A stretch of 64,000 nt of DNA, taken from positions 79,370 to 143,369 of the forward strand of contig JAANOX010000093.1 of assembly GCA_020184695.1 (NCBI GenBank). The letters are read 5' to 3'. Position 1 is the first letter of the stretch, and the number at the start of each line of letters is the position of its first letter. The position numbers were made by a program, and so were the translations under genes. The DNA comes from Histomonas meleagridis 2922-C6/04-290x. Its lineage: Eukaryota > Protista > Parabasalia. The notes under the pieces are model-generated. The model ran no database searches and had not been told where the DNA came from. It saw only the letters and a program-made list of their open reading frames with translations. This document shows positions 12,169 through 22,350 of the stretch, piece after piece.

Positions 12169-12665
12169 TTATTCATTAAAAATTTGATTTCATAAAATAA
12201 AAAAAATCCCAAAATAAAAAAGTTATACATTAGAACTTGAGCATTTTCATTGAATTTGAACATTTTCTTCATGAAATTATTATTCATTGAAATTGGTAAA
12301 TGAGCTTTTAATGAAAAATGATTATATGTCAAAGAAAAGAATTTGAAATAATGTTTAACATATGACATCAGTAACTTTAATAAAGAGGAATGATGCTGAT
12401 ATTCTTCTGTGATATAATTAAATGTATTTGATTCATTCGCTTTTAGCATAATATAATTTGTGACTTTAATGGATACACACTCTTTGTTATGGGATGAGAA
12501 TGGTAAACATGTATGTCCTTTGGATTCTAAAGTGAAATAAGTGGAATGTTTGAGAGTTTGAGAAATAGATAATTGATCACTAGAAATCTTTGAACCTGAA
12601 TTTTTTGGAGAGGTTTGTAATGAGCAAAAGAAACACATGGGTAAAGCCAAAAAGAAAGAACACAT
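10992..12665 (-). CDS. BspA-like type I membrane surface protein, copy 2
   Basis: Same LRR and stalk as copy 1, but a different TM (LIGIICGSFAFVLIIVGIVIFLV) and tail (EDIAKEDEDNWL). The start could be 12665 or the internal ATG at 12119. Confidence 0.85.
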   Translation of the reverse strand: MCSFFLALPMCFFCSLQTSPKNSGSKISSDQLSISQTLKHSTYFTLESKGHTCLPFSSHNKECVSIKVTNYIMLKANESNTFNYITEEYQHHSSLLKLLMSYVKHYFKFFSLTYNHFSLKAHLPISMNNNFMKKMFKFNENAQVLMYNFFILGFFLFYEIKFLMNKLKANEKKKTENILIFVMFFMSSYQIYNGDNLTLTIIYSNEFNEISQYKNIVKYIIISENIYSIPGDAFSEWSSVVSVNFGNSVSSIGIYAFSSCSKLVTIIIGENVTEIGGSAFSMCSSIKNITIPNSVTTIGNYAFALCSNLTLLTLGYGIKNIGSSAFGNCYNLQCIYYYGDSEPEISEGAFFNVSTSVITYATYVGSKFGSLDVAKDNTEGTCEPLPTHSFSQSNTFTASLQSDISFSFSFSYTLTITLSITHSLTIYETKTKTYSLYINNSTFSYIETEFIYYNYTIVIYSTYYNYYSNFFTMFYTSNENSPKGITTNALIGIICGSFAFVLIIVGIVIFLVRSNNKKEKSISKLQFKDTTTSSTKQIEEVNSLVEDIAKEDEDNWL

Positions 12666-13275
12666 TTGCGATAAAACTTGAGAAACTTGCTAATAAATCA
12701 GTCAAAAACGATACAGAGAGTTTCAACCGGTTCGCGTTTTCGTCGGTTCATTGGTTTAACATTTGTTGATGCATGTTTTGTTGTTTTTGCGATCGGAAGC
12801 TGTTTACAAAGCTGAAAACGTAATATTTTTATTGAAAAGTGACAGAAAGTCCCCTCATTTCAATTGCCAAAACAACAACAAAAAAAAAAAAAATGAAAGA
12901 AAGTGATATCGTTCGACTTATGAAAGAAAAACGCTCAAAAAGTTTGCTTCGACACAATTACGTATTGAATTTTGGGGAGCTCCCCTAGTAAAACTCTAAA
13001 CGGCTGCGTTTTTGTTTACCAACTGATTTAACTTTCATGAACTAATAATTTGTCATCATTTTTGTACTGAATCAACCAAGAAATACATATAATCTCGGCT
13101 TCATTTCCGCTAACAATTTCACAATTCCAAGAATAAGCTTCGCGTTGTTCGGTGAGCAAACAAAAAGAAATTTTAAAAAAGAACTCATTGAGAATAAATA
13201 AAAATATTAAAACGTTAACAGAATACTTTACTCAATAAATCATAGAAAAAGTAAAATGCAAAAGATGCAAATTGT

Positions 13276-14407
13276 TTAGAAGCACTTGCGGTGGACAATT
13301 CCTGGACCAGCTTCGTTGTATTCGTCACGTGTGATAACCATTTGTGGGAATGTGGCAAGGGAGGCGAGGATGGAGCCACCGATCCAAACTGCGTATTTAC
13401 GTTCTGGTGGGGCGACGACTTTGATCTTCATTGTTGGTGGTGCGAGGCGGACCATTTCCTTCTCCATACGTTCTGGGAGACCTTCGAACATTGTGGTACC
13501 ACCAGAAAGAACAATGTTAGCGTAGAGATCCTTACGGACATCAATATCGCATGCCATGATGGAGTTGAAGAGGGTTTGGTCGATACCTTCGAATTCGAAA
13601 CCATTGAAGTGTGGCTTGAAAAGAAGTTCTGGGCACCTGAAGCGCTCGTTGGCGATGGTGATGACGTTGCCATCTGGAAGTGTGTATGAGATGTCGCATT
13701 CGGATGTTGTGGCGGCCTTGTTCATTTCTTCGTCGAAATCAAGAGCAACATATGCGTGCTTCTCCTTGATATCACGAACAATTTCCTTTTCGGCGGATGT
13801 TGTGAAGGTGTAACCACGTTCGGTGAGGATCTTTTTGGAGGTAGGCTGTGAGATCACGACCGGCGAGGTTGATACGCATGATGGCGTGTGGAAGGGGAGT
13901 AGCCTTCGTACATTGGAACTGTGTGGAAACACCATCACCTGCATCGAAAACGATACCGGTTGTACGACCTGATGAGTAAAGGGAAAGAACGGCTTGGATA
14001 CCAACATAGAATGCTGGAACGTTGAATGTTTCGAATTGGAGTTGGATCATCTTTTCACGGTTGGCATTTGGGTTCATTGGGGCTTCTGTAAGAAGAACTG
14101 GATGTTCAGCTGGGTCAACACGTAATTCGTTGTAGAATGTGTGGTGCCAGATCTTTTCCATATCGTCCCAGTTGGTAACGATACCGTGTTCAATTGGGTA
14201 CTTAAGGATAAGGATACCTGCCTTAGCACATGCTTCATCACCAACATATGTATCCTTGTTTTGACCACCAGCGATTGTTTGGACATACTTTGGACGACCA
14301 ACAATTGATGGGAAAACTGAGCGTGGTGCTTCATCACCAGCAAAACCAGCCTTGCACATACCGGAACCATTATCGATAACTAATGTTTGAACTTCGTCTT
14401 CAGCCAT
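13276..14407 (-). CDS. ACT: Actin, with three single-base homopolymer indels that are probably assembly errors
   Basis: [25 protein letters not shown]...[19 protein letters not shown]...[10 protein letters not shown]. Indels: -1 G near 13925, +1 G at 13894-13897, +1 T at 13832-13836. Confidence 0.95.
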
Positions 14408-14415
14408 TAGATGAA

Positions 14416-14425
14416 AGTGAAGTGA
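14416..14425 (-). promoter_or_regulatory. Trichomonad initiator (Inr, TCAYT) upstream of actin
   Basis: The minus strand reads TCACTTCACT 9-18 nt upstream of the actin ATG, matching the established Trichomonas Inr consensus and position. Confidence 0.6.
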
Positions 14426-14664
14426 ACTAACAAATGCACTTTTTCAATTGAATTTTTGGGACAAATCGAAAAGAATTCTTGAAGAATAGTGTCAACATAT
14501 TTTCATTCAAATAAATGTGACAGGAAATTTGTCACAAAATTATAAGAAGATAAGGAACAAATTCCTTCCTAAAAATCTAATGTTTACTTTATCAAAACTT
14601 ATTTGTTTTGATTTGAAAATGTTAATTAAGTGGAAGTTTTGATTTGTATCCAAAATATTAGACA

Positions 14665-15288
14665 ATGAAACATACCATCATAAAAATCACACCGATTATT
14701 ATATCTTTAGCTTATTTTGTAGATAACATTTGGGCTTTGATTATTTCATTGATTTGGTTTTCGTCTAATCCAAAATATCAATATATTGAAATTTCAAATA
14801 ATGGAAAATTTAACATAATCATTAAAGATTATACAACTCATTCAATTATTCAAATAGGTTTCATTTCAACTGAGTTGTCTTTAGCAGTGATTACATTGAT
14901 TTTATTCTTAGCTCAATCAAAATATTGTTTTATGTTTTTTTATTGTATCACTTTTTTGGTTAGTATTGGTACTATTTCTATGCATGGGATTATTGTTCAT
15001 ATTACTTCCACACAAATTTGTTTTCGCAATTTTCAAAGTAAATTTCCTAATAATTGTTTTACTGCTCACGAAAATAATATAAGTATTTTACCGTTTTCTA
15101 TTTTCATACATTTTTTTATGGCTCTTTATTTTTGGATCTTTGTTCATGCAGTATCCCAAGGAGATCAAGAGGCAACATCATCATCAAACGAAGAATATGT
15201 CGTGTACCCTAACAATGAAATCCAAATGGATCATTATTATCAGCAACCTCTACATGATTATCAACCTGAAATCATTCTTTCTAAATAA
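14665..15288 (+). CDS. Hypothetical multi-pass membrane protein (about 4 TM helices)
   Basis: Intact 207-aa ORF with four hydrophobic segments, a Cys-containing loop and a polar tail containing YVVYP and YYQQP. Confidence 0.65.
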   Translation: MKHTIIKITPIIISLAYFVDNIWALIISLIWFSSNPKYQYIEISNNGKFNIIIKDYTTHSIIQIGFISTELSLAVITLILFLAQSKYCFMFFYCITFLVSIGTISMHGIIVHITSTQICFRNFQSKFPNNCFTAHENNISILPFSIFIHFFMALYFWIFVHAVSQGDQEATSSSNEEYVVYPNNEIQMDHYYQQPLHDYQPEIILSK

Positions 15289-15483
15289 ACAATTCAACTA
15301 TAGCAATTTAATAAGTTGGTTTTAAAGCCAAAATTATAAATTTTGTTTTTGTATTTAAAATAATAATCAATTAATTGCTTATGAATGAGAATTTATTTAT
15401 CAGATTTTCAATCAAAAAATTACGACCGGAATAATTTTTTTCAATTGCAACAAATAATTCAATATAAATGTTTCTGTCGCCTA

Positions 15484-16815
15484 ATGGGGCAACTTTTTCC
15501 AAAATTTATTGTTGCTTCAATATTAATCTTAACAACCAGTCTAATCTCACTATTAAAATTTACACCAGAAACAAATGACTATTTTAAAAAACTTTGGGGA
15601 TTCCAAAATACATTTCAATCAAATTTTCATTACAATTTGTCAGAAACAATTTTTATCAAAAGACTTCGTCAAAAGGCTTTACCTCAATATTACTCTTATT
15701 CCCAGGCTTGTCCAAATTCTGACATTATTAGACCTTTTACTCATGAATGCAAGAATATCACAAGTTCTTTTGAAACATCTTTGTTTGCTATCTCTCCTCT
15801 CTCATTGCTTAACGGACAACTTAAAAACTTAAATTACCAGTCTCTTCTAGATTTCAATTTCAAAGGAGTTGAAATCGGTCGAATTGCAGAAAACGTAATT
15901 TCACCACTAATTAGCTCATATTTAGTTACTGGCAATTCCACATATTTAAAAATAGCAAGTTCCCTTGGTCATACACTTCTTAATTCTTTCACAGGACCAA
16001 TACCAAATCCATTTTTTGGAATAAACAAAGGACATTTTGGCTCAAGCGATGTCTATATTGAGGATGTTTCATCTATTTTCCCTATTTTTTCATCACTTTT
16101 CGACCTCACTAAAGACAAAGAATTTTACACATCAGTTCTTTCTTTTGTTAACAAAATAAAATCTGGAATTAAAGATGGAAAACTTGCATCTAAATATTCA
16201 CTTAATACTAACAAACCAATTTTTGAAGAAAAATATATTATTCCTTATAAAATTTTAAGTGATTTGTATAAAATATCACAAATTTTGCCAGGTTTAAATA
16301 CAGATAAAATAATAGAATCTGTAGTACCTACTACTATTATACAAGACCCATTAATTATCATCGATAATAAGGGAGCAAAAACATTTTCGATTGAAACGTG
16401 TTTACTTGCACCGATTTTAACTTCAAAATATCATTTTTTGAATACATTACAAGAAAAGTGTCTGCAACTCATAAAAAATAATAAATTGCCCATTCGAATG
16501 AAAGGGACTAATGTAGATAGTGGTAATTTTGATTTAATTTCAAGCTTTAGATTTGAAGGAGAAATTTTGGAGTTGATGTGGAAAATAGGTAAAACAAATG
16601 AATTAAAAAATTTTGTACTTAACTCTATTGATAAATGTTCAAAAAATAATTTGGTGTCTGGAATGTATAACATAACACAAAATAAATTGGATAACATACT
16701 TCATCCACAGTTCTTTTCGAGATGGGTTTTGGATCCAATTTTAGTTGAATTGGGATATAAATATGACGATGTGGTGCTATCCGAAACAGGCAATTTGTTA
16801 AAAATTAAAAAATAA
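15484..16815 (+). CDS. Glycoside hydrolase family 47 (alpha-1,2-mannosidase)-like type II membrane protein, divergent
   Basis: N-terminal signal-anchor. ISPLISSYLVTGNSTYLKIASSLGHTLLNSFTGPIP resembles GH47 LGGLLSAY..SGD..LL.KA..LGD.LL.AF.TPTGIP. C-terminal DNILHPQFFSR and VLSETGNLL align to D.MESFFLAE and FNTEAHPL. Confidence 0.6.
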   Translation: MGQLFPKFIVASILILTTSLISLLKFTPETNDYFKKLWGFQNTFQSNFHYNLSETIFIKRLRQKALPQYYSYSQACPNSDIIRPFTHECKNITSSFETSLFAISPLSLLNGQLKNLNYQSLLDFNFKGVEIGRIAENVISPLISSYLVTGNSTYLKIASSLGHTLLNSFTGPIPNPFFGINKGHFGSSDVYIEDVSSIFPIFSSLFDLTKDKEFYTSVLSFVNKIKSGIKDGKLASKYSLNTNKPIFEEKYIIPYKILSDLYKISQILPGLNTDKIIESVVPTTIIQDPLIIIDNKGAKTFSIETCLLAPILTSKYHFLNTLQEKCLQLIKNNKLPIRMKGTNVDSGNFDLISSFRFEGEILELMWKIGKTNELKNFVLNSIDKCSKNNLVSGMYNITQNKLDNILHPQFFSRWVLDPILVELGYKYDDVVLSETGNLLKIKK

Positions 16816-16920
16816 AATATGTATATAACTTAATTTTTTCCATGAAAAAAAAAATGTGTTATTTTGTTTCAAGTTTTTTACATGTGATTAAAATACACAA
16901 AGAGACAAAGATAGAATAAA

Positions 16921-17409
16921 ATGAAAATTTTGTTGGCATATCTTACTTTACCATTATTTTCATTATGTTTTGGTTTTATAAAAAAATTTGTTCGTTCATA
17001 AAATATTATCCAACGTTCTTAAAATCTTATTCAGTTACTTTCATTGAATCTGAAACTAAATATATTTATGTCGATTTTATATATTGTAATTATAATTAAG
17101 AATATTTTATTTATTATTCAATTTTTTTTTTTATATTTCTTATATAGAAAATGTAATAATAAATTTTGATGATAATAATACATTAATTATCATTATAATT
17201 GTAATTATAATAATCATAAATATTAATGATTAAATATCAAAATAATAAGCGAAAACAAAATGAAGAAGAAATGATTAATTCAGATGAAAATAATAATAAC
17301 AATAAACAAAATATATAATACATTTTCAGTTGGTATTAATAAATCAAATATCGAAGAAAATCCATTTGCAGATGATTTCAAAGAAGAAAAATTTATAAAT
17401 CAGATATAA
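16921..17409 (+). pseudogene. Remnant of a BspA/Pmp-like surface gene (signal-like start, stalk end, TM and tail)
   Basis: MKILLAYLTLPLFSLCF start, then broken frames ending SNIEENPFADDFKEEKFINQI*, homologous to the tail of 8376-10247. Confidence 0.7.
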
Positions 17410-17647
17410 ATAAACATATTTTAAGAACAAAATAATTTATTTATTTATTCTTATTTTATTAATTTAATACAAACCTTTTTGTTATTTGGCAAATATTATG
17501 TTCCTTCTATTATATATTATATGCTTGTTTCTATATGCTAAAAGATTTTCTCATCATATGCCACAAGTTTGTTCAAATAATACACCACTTTTTTGGAAAT
17601 CATTGAAAAAGTCAGTCCAATTGAATCGATTCGTGGTCAAATCTCTA

Positions 17648-18643
17648 ATGACAATTCCTGCAAGTATTCCAATATCAAAACTCACAAAAGAAGAAATTGA
17701 AAGTTTAAAACCAGGACTAGTGGATGGACTCTCTTCCCTGGATATGGATGGTGTTGCAAAATATATTAAAAATAAAGCAAATAAAATCATCTTGATGATA
17801 GGCGCAGGCTTATCAACAGCAGCTGGAATCCCGGATTTCAGGACACCTGGTACAGGATTATATTATAACCTACAAAAATTTAATTTACCAACCCCTGAAA
17901 GTGTATTTTCAATTGATTATTTTGATCAACATCCAGAAGCATTTTTCCAACTTGCAAAAGACACGCTCCCAGGAAGATACAAGCCAACAAAAGGTCATTA
18001 TTTTTGTACTTTACTCCAAAGGAAAGGCATTTTAAAGAAAATTTACACACAAAATATCGATGGGCTTGAAGCATGTGCTGGTGTTTCACCAGAAAAAATT
18101 ATCTATGCTCACGGTTCATATTACACATCGCATTGCAGAAAATGTCACAAATTATTCAAGCTTGAAGATATCAGATCCAAGTATGACACAGGAGAAGTTA
18201 TACACTGTGATGCTCCCAATTGTGATGGTGTTGTTAAGCCCGATGTTGTTTTCTTTGGAGAAAGTCTTCCTGACGAATTCTATGATAATTATCAAGAAGA
18301 TTTTGACGAATGTGATCTCCTCATTGTAATAGGTACATCATTGGTTGTCTATCCATTTGCTGGCTTGATCCACGAGGTCAAAGACACTGTTCCACGAGTT
18401 TTGATAAATAACCAAAAAGTGGCAACTTGCGAAGAAAACGTAACGGTCACCAAAGATGAAAATGGAAAACTTACAGCAAAGGAATTAAGAACGAGACAAA
18501 AATTCTTTAAATTTGATCACATTTTAAATAGAAGAGATGTTTATTTGGGCGGGGATTGTCAAAAGGCAATTTCTGATCTGGTCGAAGCAATCGGCTGGTC
18601 AAATGAATTCGAAGCACTGGTGAATGAGAAAAATGAAAATTAA
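17648..18643 (+). CDS. SIR2: NAD-dependent deacetylase, Sir2 family (SIRT2/Hst2-like)
   Basis: GAGLSTAAGIPDFR, YTQNIDGLE, HGS, zinc-finger CRKC...CDAPNC, KPDVVFFGE, VIGTSLVVYPFA and RVLIN. First suitable ATG at 17648. Confidence 0.93.
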   Translation: MTIPASIPISKLTKEEIESLKPGLVDGLSSLDMDGVAKYIKNKANKIILMIGAGLSTAAGIPDFRTPGTGLYYNLQKFNLPTPESVFSIDYFDQHPEAFFQLAKDTLPGRYKPTKGHYFCTLLQRKGILKKIYTQNIDGLEACAGVSPEKIIYAHGSYYTSHCRKCHKLFKLEDIRSKYDTGEVIHCDAPNCDGVVKPDVVFFGESLPDEFYDNYQEDFDECDLLIVIGTSLVVYPFAGLIHEVKDTVPRVLINNQKVATCEENVTVTKDENGKLTAKELRTRQKFFKFDHILNRRDVYLGGDCQKAISDLVEAIGWSNEFEALVNEKNEN

Positions 18644-18828
18644 AATCTTTTTATCATTGTTTTAAGTCTTTTAATTTTCTTATAATATCAATCAATGTAT
18701 TTTTATACACAAAAATACAACTTCAAACTCGAACTTTGTTTCCATTTTAGTGAACACATTTGTTTTTGAACATATAAATCAAAGTAAATTAACATAATTA
18801 TATTTGATTTTGAAATTTATTAAACAAC

Positions 18829-19215
<387 letters not shown>

Positions 19216-19382
19216 TTATTCAATTAGAAAATCCCGGTAATATTATTGAAATTTTAGTGGAAAATATTGTCATTTTAGACCCATAATTTTAAAGTATATA
19301 TTAAAATGAAATTCCTTTCAAAATAAATAGGAGTGTAATGGCAAAAAATTGATTTCGGATTTTTCCCTCCATTTCCAGAAGT

Positions 19383-19387
19383 TCATT
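19383..19387 (+). promoter_or_regulatory. Inr (TCATT) of histone H3
   Basis: TCATT ending 7 nt upstream of the ATG at 19394. Confidence 0.55.
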
Positions 19388-19393
19388 TTCCAA

Positions 19394-19810
19394 ATGGCTC
19401 GTACAAAACAAACAGCTCGTAAATCTACTGGTGGTAAGACTCCACGTAAATCACTCGGTGCTAAGGCAGCTCGTAAGTCAACACCAGTTGTTGATTCACA
19501 AGGTGCTAAGAAGCAACATCGTTTCAGACCAGGTACAGTTGCTCTTCGTGAAATTCGTAAATATCAAAAGAGCACAGACCTTTTAATCCGTAAGCTTCCA
19601 TTCCAACGTCTTGTTCGTGAAATCGCATCAGGATTCCGTGGTGATCTTCGTTTCCAATCATCAGCAATTGCAGCTCTTCAAGAAGCATCAGAAGCTTATC
19701 TTGTAGGACTCTTTGAAGATACAAACCTTTGTGCAATTCATGCAAACCGTGTTACAATCATGGAACGTGATGTTCAACTTGCACAACGCATTCGTGGTGA
19801 ACGCAACTAA
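19394..19810 (+). CDS. H3: Histone H3 (trichomonad type), divergently paired with H4
   Basis: [29 protein letters not shown]...[34 protein letters not shown]...IRGERN. Confidence 0.99.
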   Translation: MARTKQTARKSTGGKTPRKSLGAKAARKSTPVVDSQGAKKQHRFRPGTVALREIRKYQKSTDLLIRKLPFQRLVREIASGFRGDLRFQSSAIAALQEASEAYLVGLFEDTNLCAIHANRVTIMERDVQLAQRIRGERN

Positions 19811-20249
19811 ACTCGAACAAATCAATAAATAGTTATCTTTCTCGGACAAATTTTTCTTCACAACTTTCTCGAAATGTATCTACATATTATATAATATTAA
19901 GTTTTCGATTGTGAACTTTACTCATACGTACGAGTATATATATATAATTTGATCGGCATGTAAATTGAGTATGTTTGTTTGGGAAATCAACGGTTTTTGA
20001 TTTCAGGTACAAACTGTATAAATATTTTAAATAATTATTGAATACAACAAGTTATATAAAAATATTATAATATTATTCATTAAATATTTATACAAATTTC
20101 ATATAAAATTATCATTAAATTCTTCAAAACAATTAAATTACTGCTTCACTTCGGGAATTACTTTACTTGGAAATTCGAAGTTAATCCGAATTAAGACCAA
20201 AAAGATATATAAATACACATTTGGGATCGAAGATAAAACAAAAACACAA

Positions 20250-21069
20250 TCTAATTTATTTAAGACAATTTCAAGTGTGCCAAATATCAGTTTCGTTTTG
20301 GAGGGAATAGAGAATTCTCTGCATCTTTCATTCTTCCTTCAGTTACAACTGAGTTACTTAATGCGTTAAATATTACAACAGCAGCTCAATCGCCGCCAAC
20401 ATTACGTTATCGATTATTATTAATGTTAACAGCATTACAGATATTAAATACAGAAAATTATGATGAAAGGTTAAATATTTCCTGACCAGAAGTTATTGAA
20501 ACATTAACAGAACATGAATCTAAAACACATGAAGCTTAATGAATGTATTTTAATATTATTGCAAGTGATTTCATAAAATAAGGACAACTAACTCAACTTG
20601 GACCAATTGGTCTACTTTTGGAAACCTTAATCTGGTGGCATAAAAGTATTCAGAATCCGATCCCATTATATCTTTTTTGGATGTGCATTTAATAGCATCC
20701 ATTGATTACTAAAAAATTACCAAATAACATATATGGTTGTGAGAAATGGTACCCTATCGTTATGTAACGGTTTAAACAAAATTTTTCATGAACTTTCATA
20801 CAACGCACTTTGGTAACCCTGTGATATCTGTTAAGAACACACTTTGATTTTAACTTTTTGGAAGCGATAGAAATTTATCATCATCTAATAGACCATTTCT
20901 TATAATTATTTATGGAAAACTGCAAACAGGGAAAAGTTCTATTTTAAATCAATTAATCAATGGCCCTAGTCTAGGTTGTTATTGTAATAAGGGTGAACCG
21001 ATTAAAATCGAACATACAACAAATTTTTATCGAAAACATTTAATAAATGGTAAAACACTTTGTGAATAA
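20250..21069 (+). pseudogene. Degraded gene remnant containing a P-loop (GxxxxGKS)
   Basis: Fragment RPFLIIIYGKLQTGKSSILNQLING at 20890-20970 within broken, stop-containing frames. Confidence 0.4.
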
Positions 21070-21262
21070 ATAAATTTGATATTTTCATTATTTAAATCTT
21101 TTGTAAAACAAAAGATTTTCAGAGAATACGAGTGAAAATATGCTTGTGAATTGCAAACCATGTACAAATTGTCTACACCAATTAATAAGTAAACGGCTAT
21201 GTGAACTTTTTCTGAAATAAATAAACCTTTTGATACAACAACTTGACAAACAAGAAAACAAA

Positions 21263-21892
21263 ATGAACTATTTATTGGTAATTTTTTTTACTCTTCTAAT
21301 ACTCGTGTTATTCCGCCTTTATAAGTGTCTTCCCGGCTTATGCCCTAAAAAGCGTTATGAAACAAAACCAATTGATGTTCTTGTTGTATTGGGTTCTGGT
21401 GGCCATACTGGCGAAATGATGCCTCTTGTTCATTCTCTAGTACAGTCTCCTAACTATAAGAAATTTATTTTTGTCTTTTCTGATACTGATCAATTATCTA
21501 AAAAGCATCCACTTATTCCAAAAGACTCACAATTTATCTCAATACCTAGAGCACGAAAAGTTGGACAATCATTTTTTACATCGTTTTTTACAACAATTTA
21601 TAGTTTTATTGCAACATTGCCAGTAATGTTTACAAAGCCACAATTACTCCTTGTCAATGGACCTGGCGTTTGTTATCCAGTTGTTCTAACAATTTTCTTA
21701 GGTAACATGCTTGGAATCACAAATTGTTCGATTGTTTTTATCGAAAGTGTTTGCCGAGTGAAATCTCTTTCCCTTACTGGAAAACTAATATACCCATTAT
21801 GTGACCTATTTTTTGTGTATTGGCCTGATTTACTTAAATTTAAGAAAAGAGCTCAACTTCTTGATTTATATGGGTTAAACAAAAATAAATAA
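21263..21892 (+). CDS. ALG14: UDP-GlcNAc transferase subunit ALG14
   Basis: N-terminal TM, LVVLGSGGHTGEM, IPRARKVGQS, LLLVNGPGVC, VFIESVCRVKSLSLTGKL and FFVYWPDL. Confidence 0.93.
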   Translation: MNYLLVIFFTLLILVLFRLYKCLPGLCPKKRYETKPIDVLVVLGSGGHTGEMMPLVHSLVQSPNYKKFIFVFSDTDQLSKKHPLIPKDSQFISIPRARKVGQSFFTSFFTTIYSFIATLPVMFTKPQLLLVNGPGVCYPVVLTIFLGNMLGITNCSIVFIESVCRVKSLSLTGKLIYPLCDLFFVYWPDLLKFKKRAQLLDLYGLNKNK

Positions 21893-22350
21893 ACTGTATT
21901 TAAGCTTTTGTCTGTTTAAAAAGAATGATGAAAGAATTGTGGGTATCCACAAAAACGTATATATTGGAGATATAGACACGTAGTGTACTTTCTTTTTGAA
22001 TTTTTTTCGTAACATTTCTCCATAAAATATTTTATGGAAAAACTTCATACATCGAACAATATTCATGATTTTAAGCATGTCAAAAAATCATACCATATTT
22101 TGTTATATGGGAATGTGATGCAAATAATAAATTATGAAATGAATTGTAATTGCTTCATTAAATTGATGTGCAAAATTATTTTAACTTAGCCTTATATTAA
22201 GTATGATTTACAAAGGGTAATTTCATTATCTGCATCACATTAAACAAATCAAATCCAAAGAATTCCATTTTTTCTTGTGTATGATGTAAGGCATTGAAAA
22301 ATGGCAGTTTTACCGATGATGTAAACTATTGAATTGTGTTGTCAGCATTT

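Noticed and set aside
12973-12984. Perfect 12-bp palindromes (GGGGAGCTCCCC here; AGTAGTACTACT at 578-589)
   Set aside because: Short, isolated and not tied to any consistent feature.
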